From positions 1-58,123 of the forward strand of contig CAIJYI010000022.1 of assembly GCA_903824855.1 (NCBI GenBank): a stretch of DNA of 58,123 nt. Reading direction: 5' to 3'. This document shows positions 1 through 7,956 of the stretch, piece by piece (within the stretch, counting starts at the first letter, position 1; every line of letters starts with the position of its first letter). The notes under the pieces are model-generated. The model had not been told where the DNA came from. It did no database searches and saw only the letters and a list, made by a program, of their open reading frames with translations. The stretch is from an uncultured bacterium (lineage in GTDB: Bacteria; Patescibacteriota; Minisyncoccia; Phycocordibacterales; CAIJYI01). The position numbers and the translations under genes were made by a program.

Positions 1-64
1 GCACTCTGGTTGCTTTCCAATATTCCTTTTTGTATCGCTCAAATATCTCGTTTTTTGTTGCCAT
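1..64 (-). CDS. Partial ORF, N-terminal 21 codons only (runs off window edge); function unknown
   Basis: ATG at 64..62 on minus strand, open to position 1: MATKNEIFERYKKEYWKATRV; no SD; too short to assign. Confidence 0.3.
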   Translation of the reverse strand, partial: MATKNEIFERYKKEYWKATRV

Positions 65-80
65 ATTCATATGACAACTA

Positions 81-145
81 CGGTAACCTATTTATGGGAT
101 ATCCGCTGGATGTTCGGTAACATTATTTATGGGTGATAACGCGGG
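81..145. repeat. Two imperfect ~30-bp direct repeats upstream of tRNA-Tyr
   Basis: cggtaacctatttatgggatatccgctgg (81-109) vs cggtaacattatttatgggtgataacgcggg (115-145). Confidence 0.6.
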
Positions 146-165
146 CTTTCTTTTTTAATATTTTC

Positions 166-174
166 TGGTATACT
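166..174 (+). promoter_or_regulatory. Extended -10 element (TGgTATACT) for tRNA-Tyr
   Basis: TGg at 166-168 and TATACT at 169-174, 15 nt upstream of the tRNA 5' end; no good -35. Confidence 0.45.
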
Positions 175-189
175 GTCTGAGTGTTCAAT

Positions 190-273
190 GCGTCGGTGGT
201 AGAGTGGTCTAATACACGAGACTGTAAATCTCGCGGCTTTACGCCTTCGTTGGTTCGAATCCAACCCGGCGCA
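190..273 (+). tRNA. tRNA-Tyr (anticodon GTA), long variable arm, no encoded CCA
   Basis: Acceptor gcgtcgg/ccggcgc (one G-U), anticodon loop ctGTAaa, long variable arm, T-loop ggttcgaatcc; followed by CAA, not CCA. Confidence 0.9.
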
Positions 274-280
274 CAATAAA

Positions 281-310
281 AAATCGGCCCTTACGGCCGA
301 TTTTTTGTTG
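281..310 (+). terminator. Intrinsic terminator of tRNA-Tyr
   Basis: aaatcggcc-cttac-ggccgattt hairpin followed by a T-run (301-306). Confidence 0.8.
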
Positions 311-370
311 TTCGTTGTCATCACATTCAGATAGCGATATACTTATTATGTATCAACTATTAATGATTTT

Positions 371-754
371 ATGAAAACAAAAACCGTATACCTTATAAGT
401 GTTGTGGTTTTTATATTAGGTGTTCTCATAGGTGCCATTATCGTTTCTGTTTATCGCACCGAAAATAATCTGATTACCGGCGGTCCGATTGCGTGTACTA
501 TGGAAGCAAAAATCTGTCCTGATGGTTCATCTGTCGGAAGATCAGGGCCGAATTGTGAATTCACTCAATGTCCGGAAATTAAGGTTAGTAATACAACAGA
601 TGGTAATAATGGGGGATCAGCGCAGAGCACCTCAACCATTCCCGGAAATCCGGGGGCAACCGCATGCTCTATGGAAGCACTTGCTTGTCCTGATGGTTCC
701 TTTGTAAGTCGTTCCGGCCCAAATTGCGAGTTCTCGGCTTGTCCCAAGAAATAA
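371..754 (+). CDS. Membrane-anchored protein with two copies of a 4-Cys module
   Basis: N-terminal TM helix; CTMEAKICPDGSSVGRSGPNCEFTQCP (nt 494-574) and CSMEALACPDGSFVSRSGPNCEFSACP (nt 665-745). Confidence 0.75.
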   Translation: MKTKTVYLISVVVFILGVLIGAIIVSVYRTENNLITGGPIACTMEAKICPDGSSVGRSGPNCEFTQCPEIKVSNTTDGNNGGSAQSTSTIPGNPGATACSMEALACPDGSFVSRSGPNCEFSACPKK

Positions 755-772
755 ATAATATTAAATAAAAAT

Positions 773-970
773 ATGGATAATGAAATTTTAGATTTGTTAA
801 AAAAAAATGATGAAAAATTGGAAAAAATATATATCTCCACTGAAAAGACGAGAAAATATTTTCTTTGGACAATGATATTAACGATTGCTCTCGTCGTATT
901 ACCTCTCCTTGGTCTTATTGTTGCAATCCCAAGTTTTCTTTCTAATTACTCATCGGTAACCGGATTGTAA
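773..970 (+). CDS. Small membrane protein, unknown function
   Basis: 65-aa ORF with a C-terminal hydrophobic helix (ILTIALVVLPLLGLIVAIPSF); followed by a terminator. Confidence 0.5.
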   Translation: MDNEILDLLKKNDEKLEKIYISTEKTRKYFLWTMILTIALVVLPLLGLIVAIPSFLSNYSSVTGL

Positions 971-997
971 AATTTTTTCTAGAATTATTTGCAAGGA

Positions 998-1031
998 AAT
1001 ATCAACATTTAATTACGGTTGATATTTTTTT
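998..1031 (+). terminator. Intrinsic terminator
   Basis: aatatcaac / gttgatatt 9-bp stem followed by a T-run. Confidence 0.7.
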
Positions 1032-1155
1032 GAATATTGAATTTATGCACAGGTAATTAAATCTTTTTTTCATATCTCGGTGTATAATAGTATTATAAAA
1101 ATAAAATATACCGCGTATCAATTTAGCTCATTTTTATTTTTTTAATAAACTTATC

Positions 1156-3183
1156 ATGCCAAAATCTCTCACCTTAGGGAACGGAAACATGCTCATTTGT
1201 TACGACAAATTTGGGCAAGTCAATGATCTCTATTTTCCTCAGGTTGGACTCGAAAATCATATCGGCAAAGATTCTCTCCACAGAATTGGCGTTTTTGTTG
1301 ATGGAAGAATGAGTTGGATTTCTGATTCGGGATGGCATATTGAATTTACAACACCGTCAAATACTCACATGGCGGTCATATCTGCTAAGAATCAAAATCT
1401 TGGTGTAACATTGACCTTTAATGATGTTGTCTACAACGAACAGAATATTTTCATTCGCCGCGTGACGGTAAAAAACGATTTACCGAGAGTTCTGAACGTA
1501 AAATTATATTTCTGTCAGGAATGGAATATCTATCAATCGGGAAGGCAAGACACGGGATATTATGATCCGGGAAGTAATTCGATTATTCATTATGAAGGAC
1601 GCCGTGTATTTCTGATAAATGGTCGCGTTGATAATCATGGAATAGATGATTACACCACCGGAATTTATCGAATGGAGGGAAAAGACGGAAGCTATATTGA
1701 TGCAGAGGACGGTATCCTTTCAAAGAATTCAATTGAGCACGGATTAACCGATTCCGTTGTAGGATTTCATCTTGAAATTAGTTCCGGGAGTGAAATAATT
1801 GTACATTATTGGGTCGGGGTTGGGAAAACTATTCCTGAAGTTTTTGATTTGAATAATTACGTTTTGGAAAAATCTCCCGAACACTTATTTCGGACGACAA
1901 AAGATTATTGGAGTGCGTGGGTTGATCGAGAAAATTTTAGTTATTACGGTCTCACAGACGATATGGTGAGCATGTTTAAGAAATCACTTTTTATAATGCG
2001 CTCGCACGTTGATTCAGGTGGAGCAGTAATTGCATCGGGCGATTCAGACATGCTTCAATATGGCCGCGATACCTATAGTTACATGTGGCCGAGGGACGGA
2101 GCTTTTGCCATTATGGCACTAGATCGTGCCGGCGATTCGTATGTTGCTCGAAAGTTTTTCACCTTTTGCAATCGTGTAATAACCGACGATGGTTTTTTCA
2201 TGCACAAATATCGTCCCGATGGCTCGCTCGGGAGTTCTTGGCATCCATGGGTAACAAAGTCCGGCGAATTTCAATTGCCGATTCAGGAAGATGAGACGGC
2301 TCTCGTTTTGTTTGCGCTTTGGGAACATTATAATCTCACAAAGGATCTTGAATTTATCGAAGAAATCTATAATTCTTTTATTCAGAAAGCTGCCAATTTC
2401 ATGGTCATCTATCGCGATAAAGAAACGAGATTGCCGAAACGAAGTTATGATCTTTGGGAAGAAAAACTAGGCGTTTCAACTTTCACCTGTGCTACCGTGT
2501 ATGGGGCGCTTCAATCAGCAGCATTCTTCTCGCAGCTTCTCGGAAAACATGATTCAGAGAAAAAATACCATGACGCAGCAAATGAAATAAAAGAAGGGAT
2601 AATGAAGTATCTATTTAATTCTGAAAGGGGTACTTTTCGGAAGCTTTTCAACCACGATAATGGAATTTTCACCTATGATGAAACGTTAGACATTTCTAGT
2701 GTTTATGGGGTTTTTCGTTTCGGAATTCTCCCCGCGAATGACGCTAAACTGAAGAAAGCATTTGGTATTGCCGAAGAGCGTCTTTTCTGTGCTAGATATT
2801 CGGGAGGAATTGCCAGATATGAAGGAGATAATTATTACAGAGCCGGTCACGATACTCCGGGAAATCCATGGTTTGTTTCCACACTCTGGCTAGTTCAATA
2901 TTATATTGCGCTTGCTGAAGATGAAAAAGATTTTGAGCGTGTAAAACCGTGGTTTGATTGGGTAAGTAAGATGGCATTGCCGACAGGGGTCCTTTCTGAA
3001 CAAATCAATCCTTACACAAGAGAGCAAATTTCTGCGGCACCGCTTACGTGGAGTCATTCAGAATATGTTTTAGCAGTAATTGCGTATATGGAAAAACTGG
3101 AACAGCTCGGCGTCATTACATCAAAAAGTCTAATTATGGAGAGAAATAAAGAGGTTGATAACGGGGAAACGCATATTGGCTAA
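1156..3183 (+). CDS. Glycoside hydrolase family 15 (glucoamylase / glucodextranase-like)
   Basis: 675 aa; GH15-type motifs (YMWPRDGAF, DLWEE, WSHSEY) and typical length. Confidence 0.85.
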   Translation: MPKSLTLGNGNMLICYDKFGQVNDLYFPQVGLENHIGKDSLHRIGVFVDGRMSWISDSGWHIEFTTPSNTHMAVISAKNQNLGVTLTFNDVVYNEQNIFIRRVTVKNDLPRVLNVKLYFCQEWNIYQSGRQDTGYYDPGSNSIIHYEGRRVFLINGRVDNHGIDDYTTGIYRMEGKDGSYIDAEDGILSKNSIEHGLTDSVVGFHLEISSGSEIIVHYWVGVGKTIPEVFDLNNYVLEKSPEHLFRTTKDYWSAWVDRENFSYYGLTDDMVSMFKKSLFIMRSHVDSGGAVIASGDSDMLQYGRDTYSYMWPRDGAFAIMALDRAGDSYVARKFFTFCNRVITDDGFFMHKYRPDGSLGSSWHPWVTKSGEFQLPIQEDETALVLFALWEHYNLTKDLEFIEEIYNSFIQKAANFMVIYRDKETRLPKRSYDLWEEKLGVSTFTCATVYGALQSAAFFSQLLGKHDSEKKYHDAANEIKEGIMKYLFNSERGTFRKLFNHDNGIFTYDETLDISSVYGVFRFGILPANDAKLKKAFGIAEERLFCARYSGGIARYEGDNYYRAGHDTPGNPWFVSTLWLVQYYIALAEDEKDFERVKPWFDWVSKMALPTGVLSEQINPYTREQISAAPLTWSHSEYVLAVIAYMEKLEQLGVITSKSLIMERNKEVDNGETHIG

Positions 3184-3260
3184 TTTTTCACTTTTTTGTC
3201 TTTTTTTGATATGATTGGAAAGCGCCCTGCGAATATTATAAATAGATAACACCGGGAATT

Positions 3261-4592
3261 ATGTCAAATATGATTAAGCTCAACTATAAGGATACGATTC
3301 ATTTGGACGAAAAAGATATTTTGGATGTTTCATCAACGTTGTACGAATATATCGGGACGCTTTCGAAAATTTCGCGAAACGTGGGCTATGAAGATTTAGA
3401 ATCTTTTTTGCAACTTCCTAACGATAAAGAACTCATCGAAAAAAGCCAAAGCATGGCCGCCGGATTAGCGGGCACATCTCTGAAATATGTAATAGTCGTT
3501 GGAATCGGCGGTTCAAATCTCGGAGCTATGGCAGTATACGACGCCTTATATTCAAAATTTGATATCCTTACCTCGCGAAGACCAAAATTGATTTTTTCTG
3601 ATACCACTAATCCGCGAGAAATGGAGGCACTGAAAAAAGTTATTGATGAAAATATCCATGGATCAAAAGAAATCGTTTTGAATATTATTACTAAATCCGG
3701 TACAACAGCAGAAACTGTCGCAAATGGAATGTTCTTGTTTGACATTCTTTCCAATAAATTTGGTGAGAAAGAAGCAATAGAACGAACAGTGATCACTACC
3801 GATGAGGAATCAACTCTCTGGAATATTGCCCGTGAAAAAAATATTCGCGTACTTCCAATCCCGAAAAAAGTTGGTGGTAGATATTCTATTTTTTCTCCCG
3901 TCGGTTTATTTCCACTCCGTTTGGTAGGAGTCAACATTTCAGAATTTATTGCCGGCGCGGTTCAAATGATGAATGCCTCGCTGACACCGAACATTGATGC
4001 AAATCCTGCGCTTAAGCTCGCCACCATTGATTTTCTTCAGCATAAAAAGAAATTAACGATTTACAACAATTTCTTCTTTAATTCAGAATTGGAATCAGTT
4101 GGAAAATGGGGAAGACAACTCGTCGCAGAAAGCCTCGGCAAGAGATTTGATACCGCGGGAAACTCGATTTATGCAGGATTGACGCCGATCGTTTCTATTG
4201 GTTCTACAGATCTTCATTCAATGGTTCAGCTCTATCTCGGCGGGCCTCGAGATAAATTTACCAATTTTATTTATGCGGAAAGTGGCGAGGGTGAACGCGT
4301 GTCGGTTCCAAAATTCTCGATCTTTCAAACGCTCGTTCCTGATGTTGTCGGAAAAGATTATGAAAAAATTCTCTCATCAATTCTTGTCGGAACGATGGAA
4401 GCATATAAAGAAAAAGCCTTTCCTTATATTGAAACAATATTGCCGAGAATAGACGAAAATTCATTGGGTCAATATTTTATGCTTAAAATGATTGAAACGG
4501 TACTTTTAGGAAAACTCTGGAATGTTAATGCCTTTGATCAACCCGAAGTGGAAAGTTATAAGAAAGTCGCGCGCGAGCTAATGAAATCATAA
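3261..4592 (+). CDS. pgi: Glucose-6-phosphate isomerase
   Basis: 443 aa; VVGIGGSNLGA and SKSGTT-like (TKSGTTAET) PGI motifs. Confidence 0.85.
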   Translation: MSNMIKLNYKDTIHLDEKDILDVSSTLYEYIGTLSKISRNVGYEDLESFLQLPNDKELIEKSQSMAAGLAGTSLKYVIVVGIGGSNLGAMAVYDALYSKFDILTSRRPKLIFSDTTNPREMEALKKVIDENIHGSKEIVLNIITKSGTTAETVANGMFLFDILSNKFGEKEAIERTVITTDEESTLWNIAREKNIRVLPIPKKVGGRYSIFSPVGLFPLRLVGVNISEFIAGAVQMMNASLTPNIDANPALKLATIDFLQHKKKLTIYNNFFFNSELESVGKWGRQLVAESLGKRFDTAGNSIYAGLTPIVSIGSTDLHSMVQLYLGGPRDKFTNFIYAESGEGERVSVPKFSIFQTLVPDVVGKDYEKILSSILVGTMEAYKEKAFPYIETILPRIDENSLGQYFMLKMIETVLLGKLWNVNAFDQPEVESYKKVARELMKS

Positions 4593-4609
4593 AGCTATTT
4601 CAATTTTTT

Positions 4610-5428
4610 ATGCATATACTTTTTGACCTTGGAAAAACTAAAATACGAATTGCCGGCTCTCGTGATTTCGAGTCTTTTATTGAACCGAAAATTTTTGAAA
4701 CACCAAAAGATTACGATGCTACTATTGCGCTTATAGCAAAGACTGCGCGGGAAATATCGGGTGATGGAGAAATCGAAATGGTTGTCGGCGGAATCGGCGG
4801 GCCGCTTACAAAAGAAAAAGATGCGCTTCTTCCGGGATATAATTTCCCTGATTGGGGAGGACGTCCTTTTAGGTTAGATCTCGCAAAAGAATTAAACACG
4901 TCGGTTCTTATTGAAAACGATTCAGCTCTCGTCGGTTTAGGAGAAGCTATACATGGAGCAGGTAAGGGCGCGAACATTGTTGCATATGTTACGGTTTCAA
5001 CGGGCCTCGGTGGTGCCCGCATTGTAAATGGAAAAATCGATGCTAATGCTCTCGGATTCGAACCGGGCTGGCAAGTCATATCTGATGACGAGGAATTCCC
5101 TTATGCTTCTGACTTTTTATCGGGAAATTCTATTGAAAAAGAAACGGGCAAAAAACCTTTTGAAACTACTGATTCAATCTTCTGGGACAAGAAGGCTCAC
5201 TACCTCGCGCACTTTTTGAATAATATTATCGTCATGTGGTCGCCGGATGTTGTCGTCGTTGGCGGTTCAATGATGAAAGAAATCGGCATTCCTCTCGTTT
5301 CCACAGAAAAATACCTTCACCATATTTTGAAAATATTTGATGAAATTCCGCCAATTAAGAAAGCCGAACTCCAAGATATTGGCGGACTCTGGGGTGCACT
5401 TGAATATTTAAAATATTCGAAAAAATAA
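4610..5428 (+). CDS. ROK-family sugar kinase (probable glucokinase)
   Basis: 272 aa; ROK-like ENDSALVGLGE and GLGGARIVNG segments; adjacent to pgi. Confidence 0.7.
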   Translation: MHILFDLGKTKIRIAGSRDFESFIEPKIFETPKDYDATIALIAKTAREISGDGEIEMVVGGIGGPLTKEKDALLPGYNFPDWGGRPFRLDLAKELNTSVLIENDSALVGLGEAIHGAGKGANIVAYVTVSTGLGGARIVNGKIDANALGFEPGWQVISDDEEFPYASDFLSGNSIEKETGKKPFETTDSIFWDKKAHYLAHFLNNIIVMWSPDVVVVGGSMMKEIGIPLVSTEKYLHHILKIFDEIPPIKKAELQDIGGLWGALEYLKYSKK

Positions 5429-5454
5429 TTTACAAAGGACCATCATTCGGAGAT

Positions 5455-5495
5455 TTAAAAAAAGAGTACCGAGGATTTCTCCTCGGTACTTTGTT
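5455..5495. terminator. Bidirectional intrinsic terminator between convergent genes
   Basis: gtaccgagga-tttc-tcctcggtac 10-bp stem flanked by an A-run and a T-rich tract. Confidence 0.8.
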
Positions 5496-5506
5496 ACGAT
5501 GTTAGA

Positions 5507-6862
5507 TTATTGTTCTAACTTATAAAAACCTCTATTGAGATCTTTATAAACGGTGACGGTTGGAACATCAATGGTTTTACCATAAGGATATTCGAATCCA
5601 CCGCGCCAGGTCATAGCTTCAGCGATTTCACGAACAGCATATACGATGCCGGCTTCGCGGAATGATTTTAGCTTGTATTGTTCACGTACTTTGTCCAAAT
5701 CGTGGAATGCTTCGCGCATGCGAGATTCCAACCATTCGGCAACACGTTTTGCTGGCCATTTTTGATTTTCTAAGCCTTGGACTTTTTCAGCAGAAGATAC
5801 ACGTACACCACCGCCTGATGCATAGAAGTCAGGAATGACTTCAACGCCACGTGCGGAAAGTATCTCGTCAGCTTCTTCCGTGCAGGGACCATTCGCTAAT
5901 TCAACGATAAATTTTGAAGTAATTTTGCGTGCCATTTCGGCATCAATTTTGTCTTCAAACGCTGCAGGAGCGAAGATGTCAGCCTTCAATGAAAGCAATT
6001 CGGCTTCTTCTGAGGTCAAATTATCTTTGTGAGGATAATCTGAAACCTTGCGAACTTTTGTGCCTTTTGTGTCATAGCAGAAAGCGTGCAAGTCAGCATA
6101 TTCAAAGCCGGCTTTTTTGTAAATGACACCACTACGATCGGAAACGGAAACAATTTTGTGTCCGCGTTCGCTCATTAATTTCGCATAGAAGTCGCCGGCA
6201 TTACCGAAGCCTTGAATTGCGATAGTTTGTGGTCCTCTCATTTGCAATTTTTTGATCATTTCTTCTGATGCATACACGGCACCAAGTGCGGTTGCATCGC
6301 CACGACCAAGTGATCCGCCAAGAACAAGAGGTTTACCTGTGAATTGCGCAGGAGCATGTTCACCTATCATTCTTTCGTATTCATCAAGGAACCAAGCCAT
6401 TTCTGCACCACCGGTATTAACGTCAGGAGCCGGACCATCAACACGAGGGCCGATGTATGGGGCGATGACACGAATATAACCGCGGCAGAGACGCTCACGT
6501 TCTTTCATTGAAAGTGCGAATTTGTCTACACAAATACCGCCTTTACCACCACCGTGACGAATGTCTACGATAGTATTTTTCATTGACATCATGGCTGCGA
6601 GGAATTTTACTTCACTTTCGCAGACGGCCAAGTCAAAACGGGTACCGCCTTGTGTTGGACCGCGGGCATGATTGTGTTGGCAACGGAAAACCTTAAATGA
6701 TTTGAATGAACCGTCATCCATTTCAATGGTTACTTCACCGCGAACTAAAAGTTCGGGAATTTGAAGCCGTTGATATATCACTGGATCAAGATTAAGAATT
6801 GAAGCTGACTTCTCGAGAAGCGCTAAATATTTGTCATAAGCTGTTCTTTTTGCAGCAGACAT
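5507..6862 (-). CDS. gdhA: Glutamate dehydrogenase (Glu/Leu/Phe/Val dehydrogenase family)
   Basis: 451 aa; GGGKGG catalytic motif and GFGNAG Rossmann motif; SD aaggaga upstream. Confidence 0.9.
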   Translation of the reverse strand: MSAAKRTAYDKYLALLEKSASILNLDPVIYQRLQIPELLVRGEVTIEMDDGSFKSFKVFRCQHNHARGPTQGGTRFDLAVCESEVKFLAAMMSMKNTIVDIRHGGGKGGICVDKFALSMKERERLCRGYIRVIAPYIGPRVDGPAPDVNTGGAEMAWFLDEYERMIGEHAPAQFTGKPLVLGGSLGRGDATALGAVYASEEMIKKLQMRGPQTIAIQGFGNAGDFYAKLMSERGHKIVSVSDRSGVIYKKAGFEYADLHAFCYDTKGTKVRKVSDYPHKDNLTSEEAELLSLKADIFAPAAFEDKIDAEMARKITSKFIVELANGPCTEEADEILSARGVEVIPDFYASGGGVRVSSAEKVQGLENQKWPAKRVAEWLESRMREAFHDLDKVREQYKLKSFREAGIVYAVREIAEAMTWRGGFEYPYGKTIDVPTVTVYKDLNRGFYKLEQ

Positions 6863-7002
6863 GATTATCTCCTTGGTTGCATGATTGAAAAAAATCCTTT
6901 TTCAATGTACTAAAACTCCATAATTTGCCTTGTTATTTAGACTTAATTTTTCTTAAAAAATCAATATAACGAGGAACTGCTTTTGGTATACCATATCATT
7001 AA

Positions 7003-7038
7003 TATAAAGTAAAGCCCCCCGCGTGATTGTGGGAGGCT
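7003..7038 (-). terminator. Intrinsic terminator of the M50-like gene
   Basis: Minus strand agcctccc...gggggggct stem (one G-U) followed by a T-rich tract. Confidence 0.55.
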
Positions 7039-7056
7039 TCTAAAGAATACTCGGTT

Positions 7057-7887
7057 TTAGTGCAATAATCCTGCAATAAAGGGAAGAAGAATTGGCTTCA
7101 AATCAGTCTGTAATGCATAGAGAAGCAGGAGTCCAAAAATAAGTGTTTCGACTGAGATGAAAAACGAAACCATCTTCGGCATAAATTTATTTATAATCGA
7201 AAGAGTGATTTGTTCACCATCAAGGGGGATTCCAAAAAATCTCAAAGGAAGCATCATTGATACTCCGAAGAAATTTATGGAAAATGCTCCGGCAAAAAAT
7301 AATGCTCCCGATAATTCGGAAATTTTCCCGGCGGTATGCACCAAACTTACCGTAGTAACTACCGTTGCATTTTGTGAAAAAAATAAAGAATAAAAAGCAA
7401 AGAGGAAAAGGAATACGGGAATGAGAGGAACAATATATGTATAAAATATTTTTCCTCCAAATTTTAATGCAATGAGAAGAACCGCCACAGTAAGACAGGA
7501 GATTATAAGTAGATGATTATTTGGATAACGAGTCATTCCATTTTCAATCATTACGATAAATCCAGAAATGATAAACAAAAAGTAACCAAAAATAATGCTA
7601 GCGATTGGACCGCTCACAAAGAAACGAGATTTTTCCCAGAAGGGAAGTCTTGTCATACCATCTTCATCGCAGGCGGTGAATGCACCGAAAGGACAAAGAT
7701 AATACAGGACAAAATCCGTTCCTAACCATTTACCTTTCATTGGAAAAGTAATCTTTGGACCAAAAGGAAGACCGAAACCAATTTGTTTTACTGCGACTCC
7801 TGATCGTTTCATTGCAACGGCATGACCGAAACATTCATGCACAAAATAGGCAAGAATGATAAAAATTACACTGATAAATATAGACAT
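7057..7887 (-). CDS. M50 / site-2-protease-like membrane metalloprotease
   Basis: HECFGH (HExxH) in first TM segment, polytopic. Start moved to ATG 7887 (GGAG 6 nt upstream) from the track's TTG at 7914. Confidence 0.65.
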   Translation of the reverse strand: MSIFISVIFIILAYFVHECFGHAVAMKRSGVAVKQIGFGLPFGPKITFPMKGKWLGTDFVLYYLCPFGAFTACDEDGMTRLPFWEKSRFFVSGPIASIIFGYFLFIISGFIVMIENGMTRYPNNHLLIISCLTVAVLLIALKFGGKIFYTYIVPLIPVFLFLFAFYSLFFSQNATVVTTVSLVHTAGKISELSGALFFAGAFSINFFGVSMMLPLRFFGIPLDGEQITLSIINKFMPKMVSFFISVETLIFGLLLLYALQTDLKPILLPFIAGLLH

Positions 7888-7921
7888 GACCGCTCCATTT
7901 ATTTCAAAAAACAAGGACTAT

Positions 7922-7950
7922 TTGCCGTAATAGTAACATTATGATACAAT
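7922..7950 (+). promoter_or_regulatory. uvrB promoter: TTGCCG-17-TGaTACAAT, 6 nt before ATG
   Basis: -35 at 7922-7927, extended -10 at 7942-7950, ATG at 7957; implies a leaderless mRNA. Confidence 0.55.
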
Positions 7951-7956
7951 TTGTCA

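Noticed and set aside
1-64. Calling the edge ORF a transposase or integrase
   Set aside because: Only 21 residues are visible. Any family resemblance is from memory and cannot be supported.
127-324. 65-aa minus-strand ORF
   Set aside because: It lies entirely across tRNA-Tyr and its terminator; the tRNA fold explains the sequence.
3386-3937. Long antisense ORFs inside well-supported genes (e.g. 3386..3937, 4711..5079, 13187..13627, 14092..14511, 32806..33162, 47769..48179, 35928..36281)
   Set aside because: Each is antisense to a gene with clear family motifs. They have no SD or promoter signals and their composition is typical of shadow frames.
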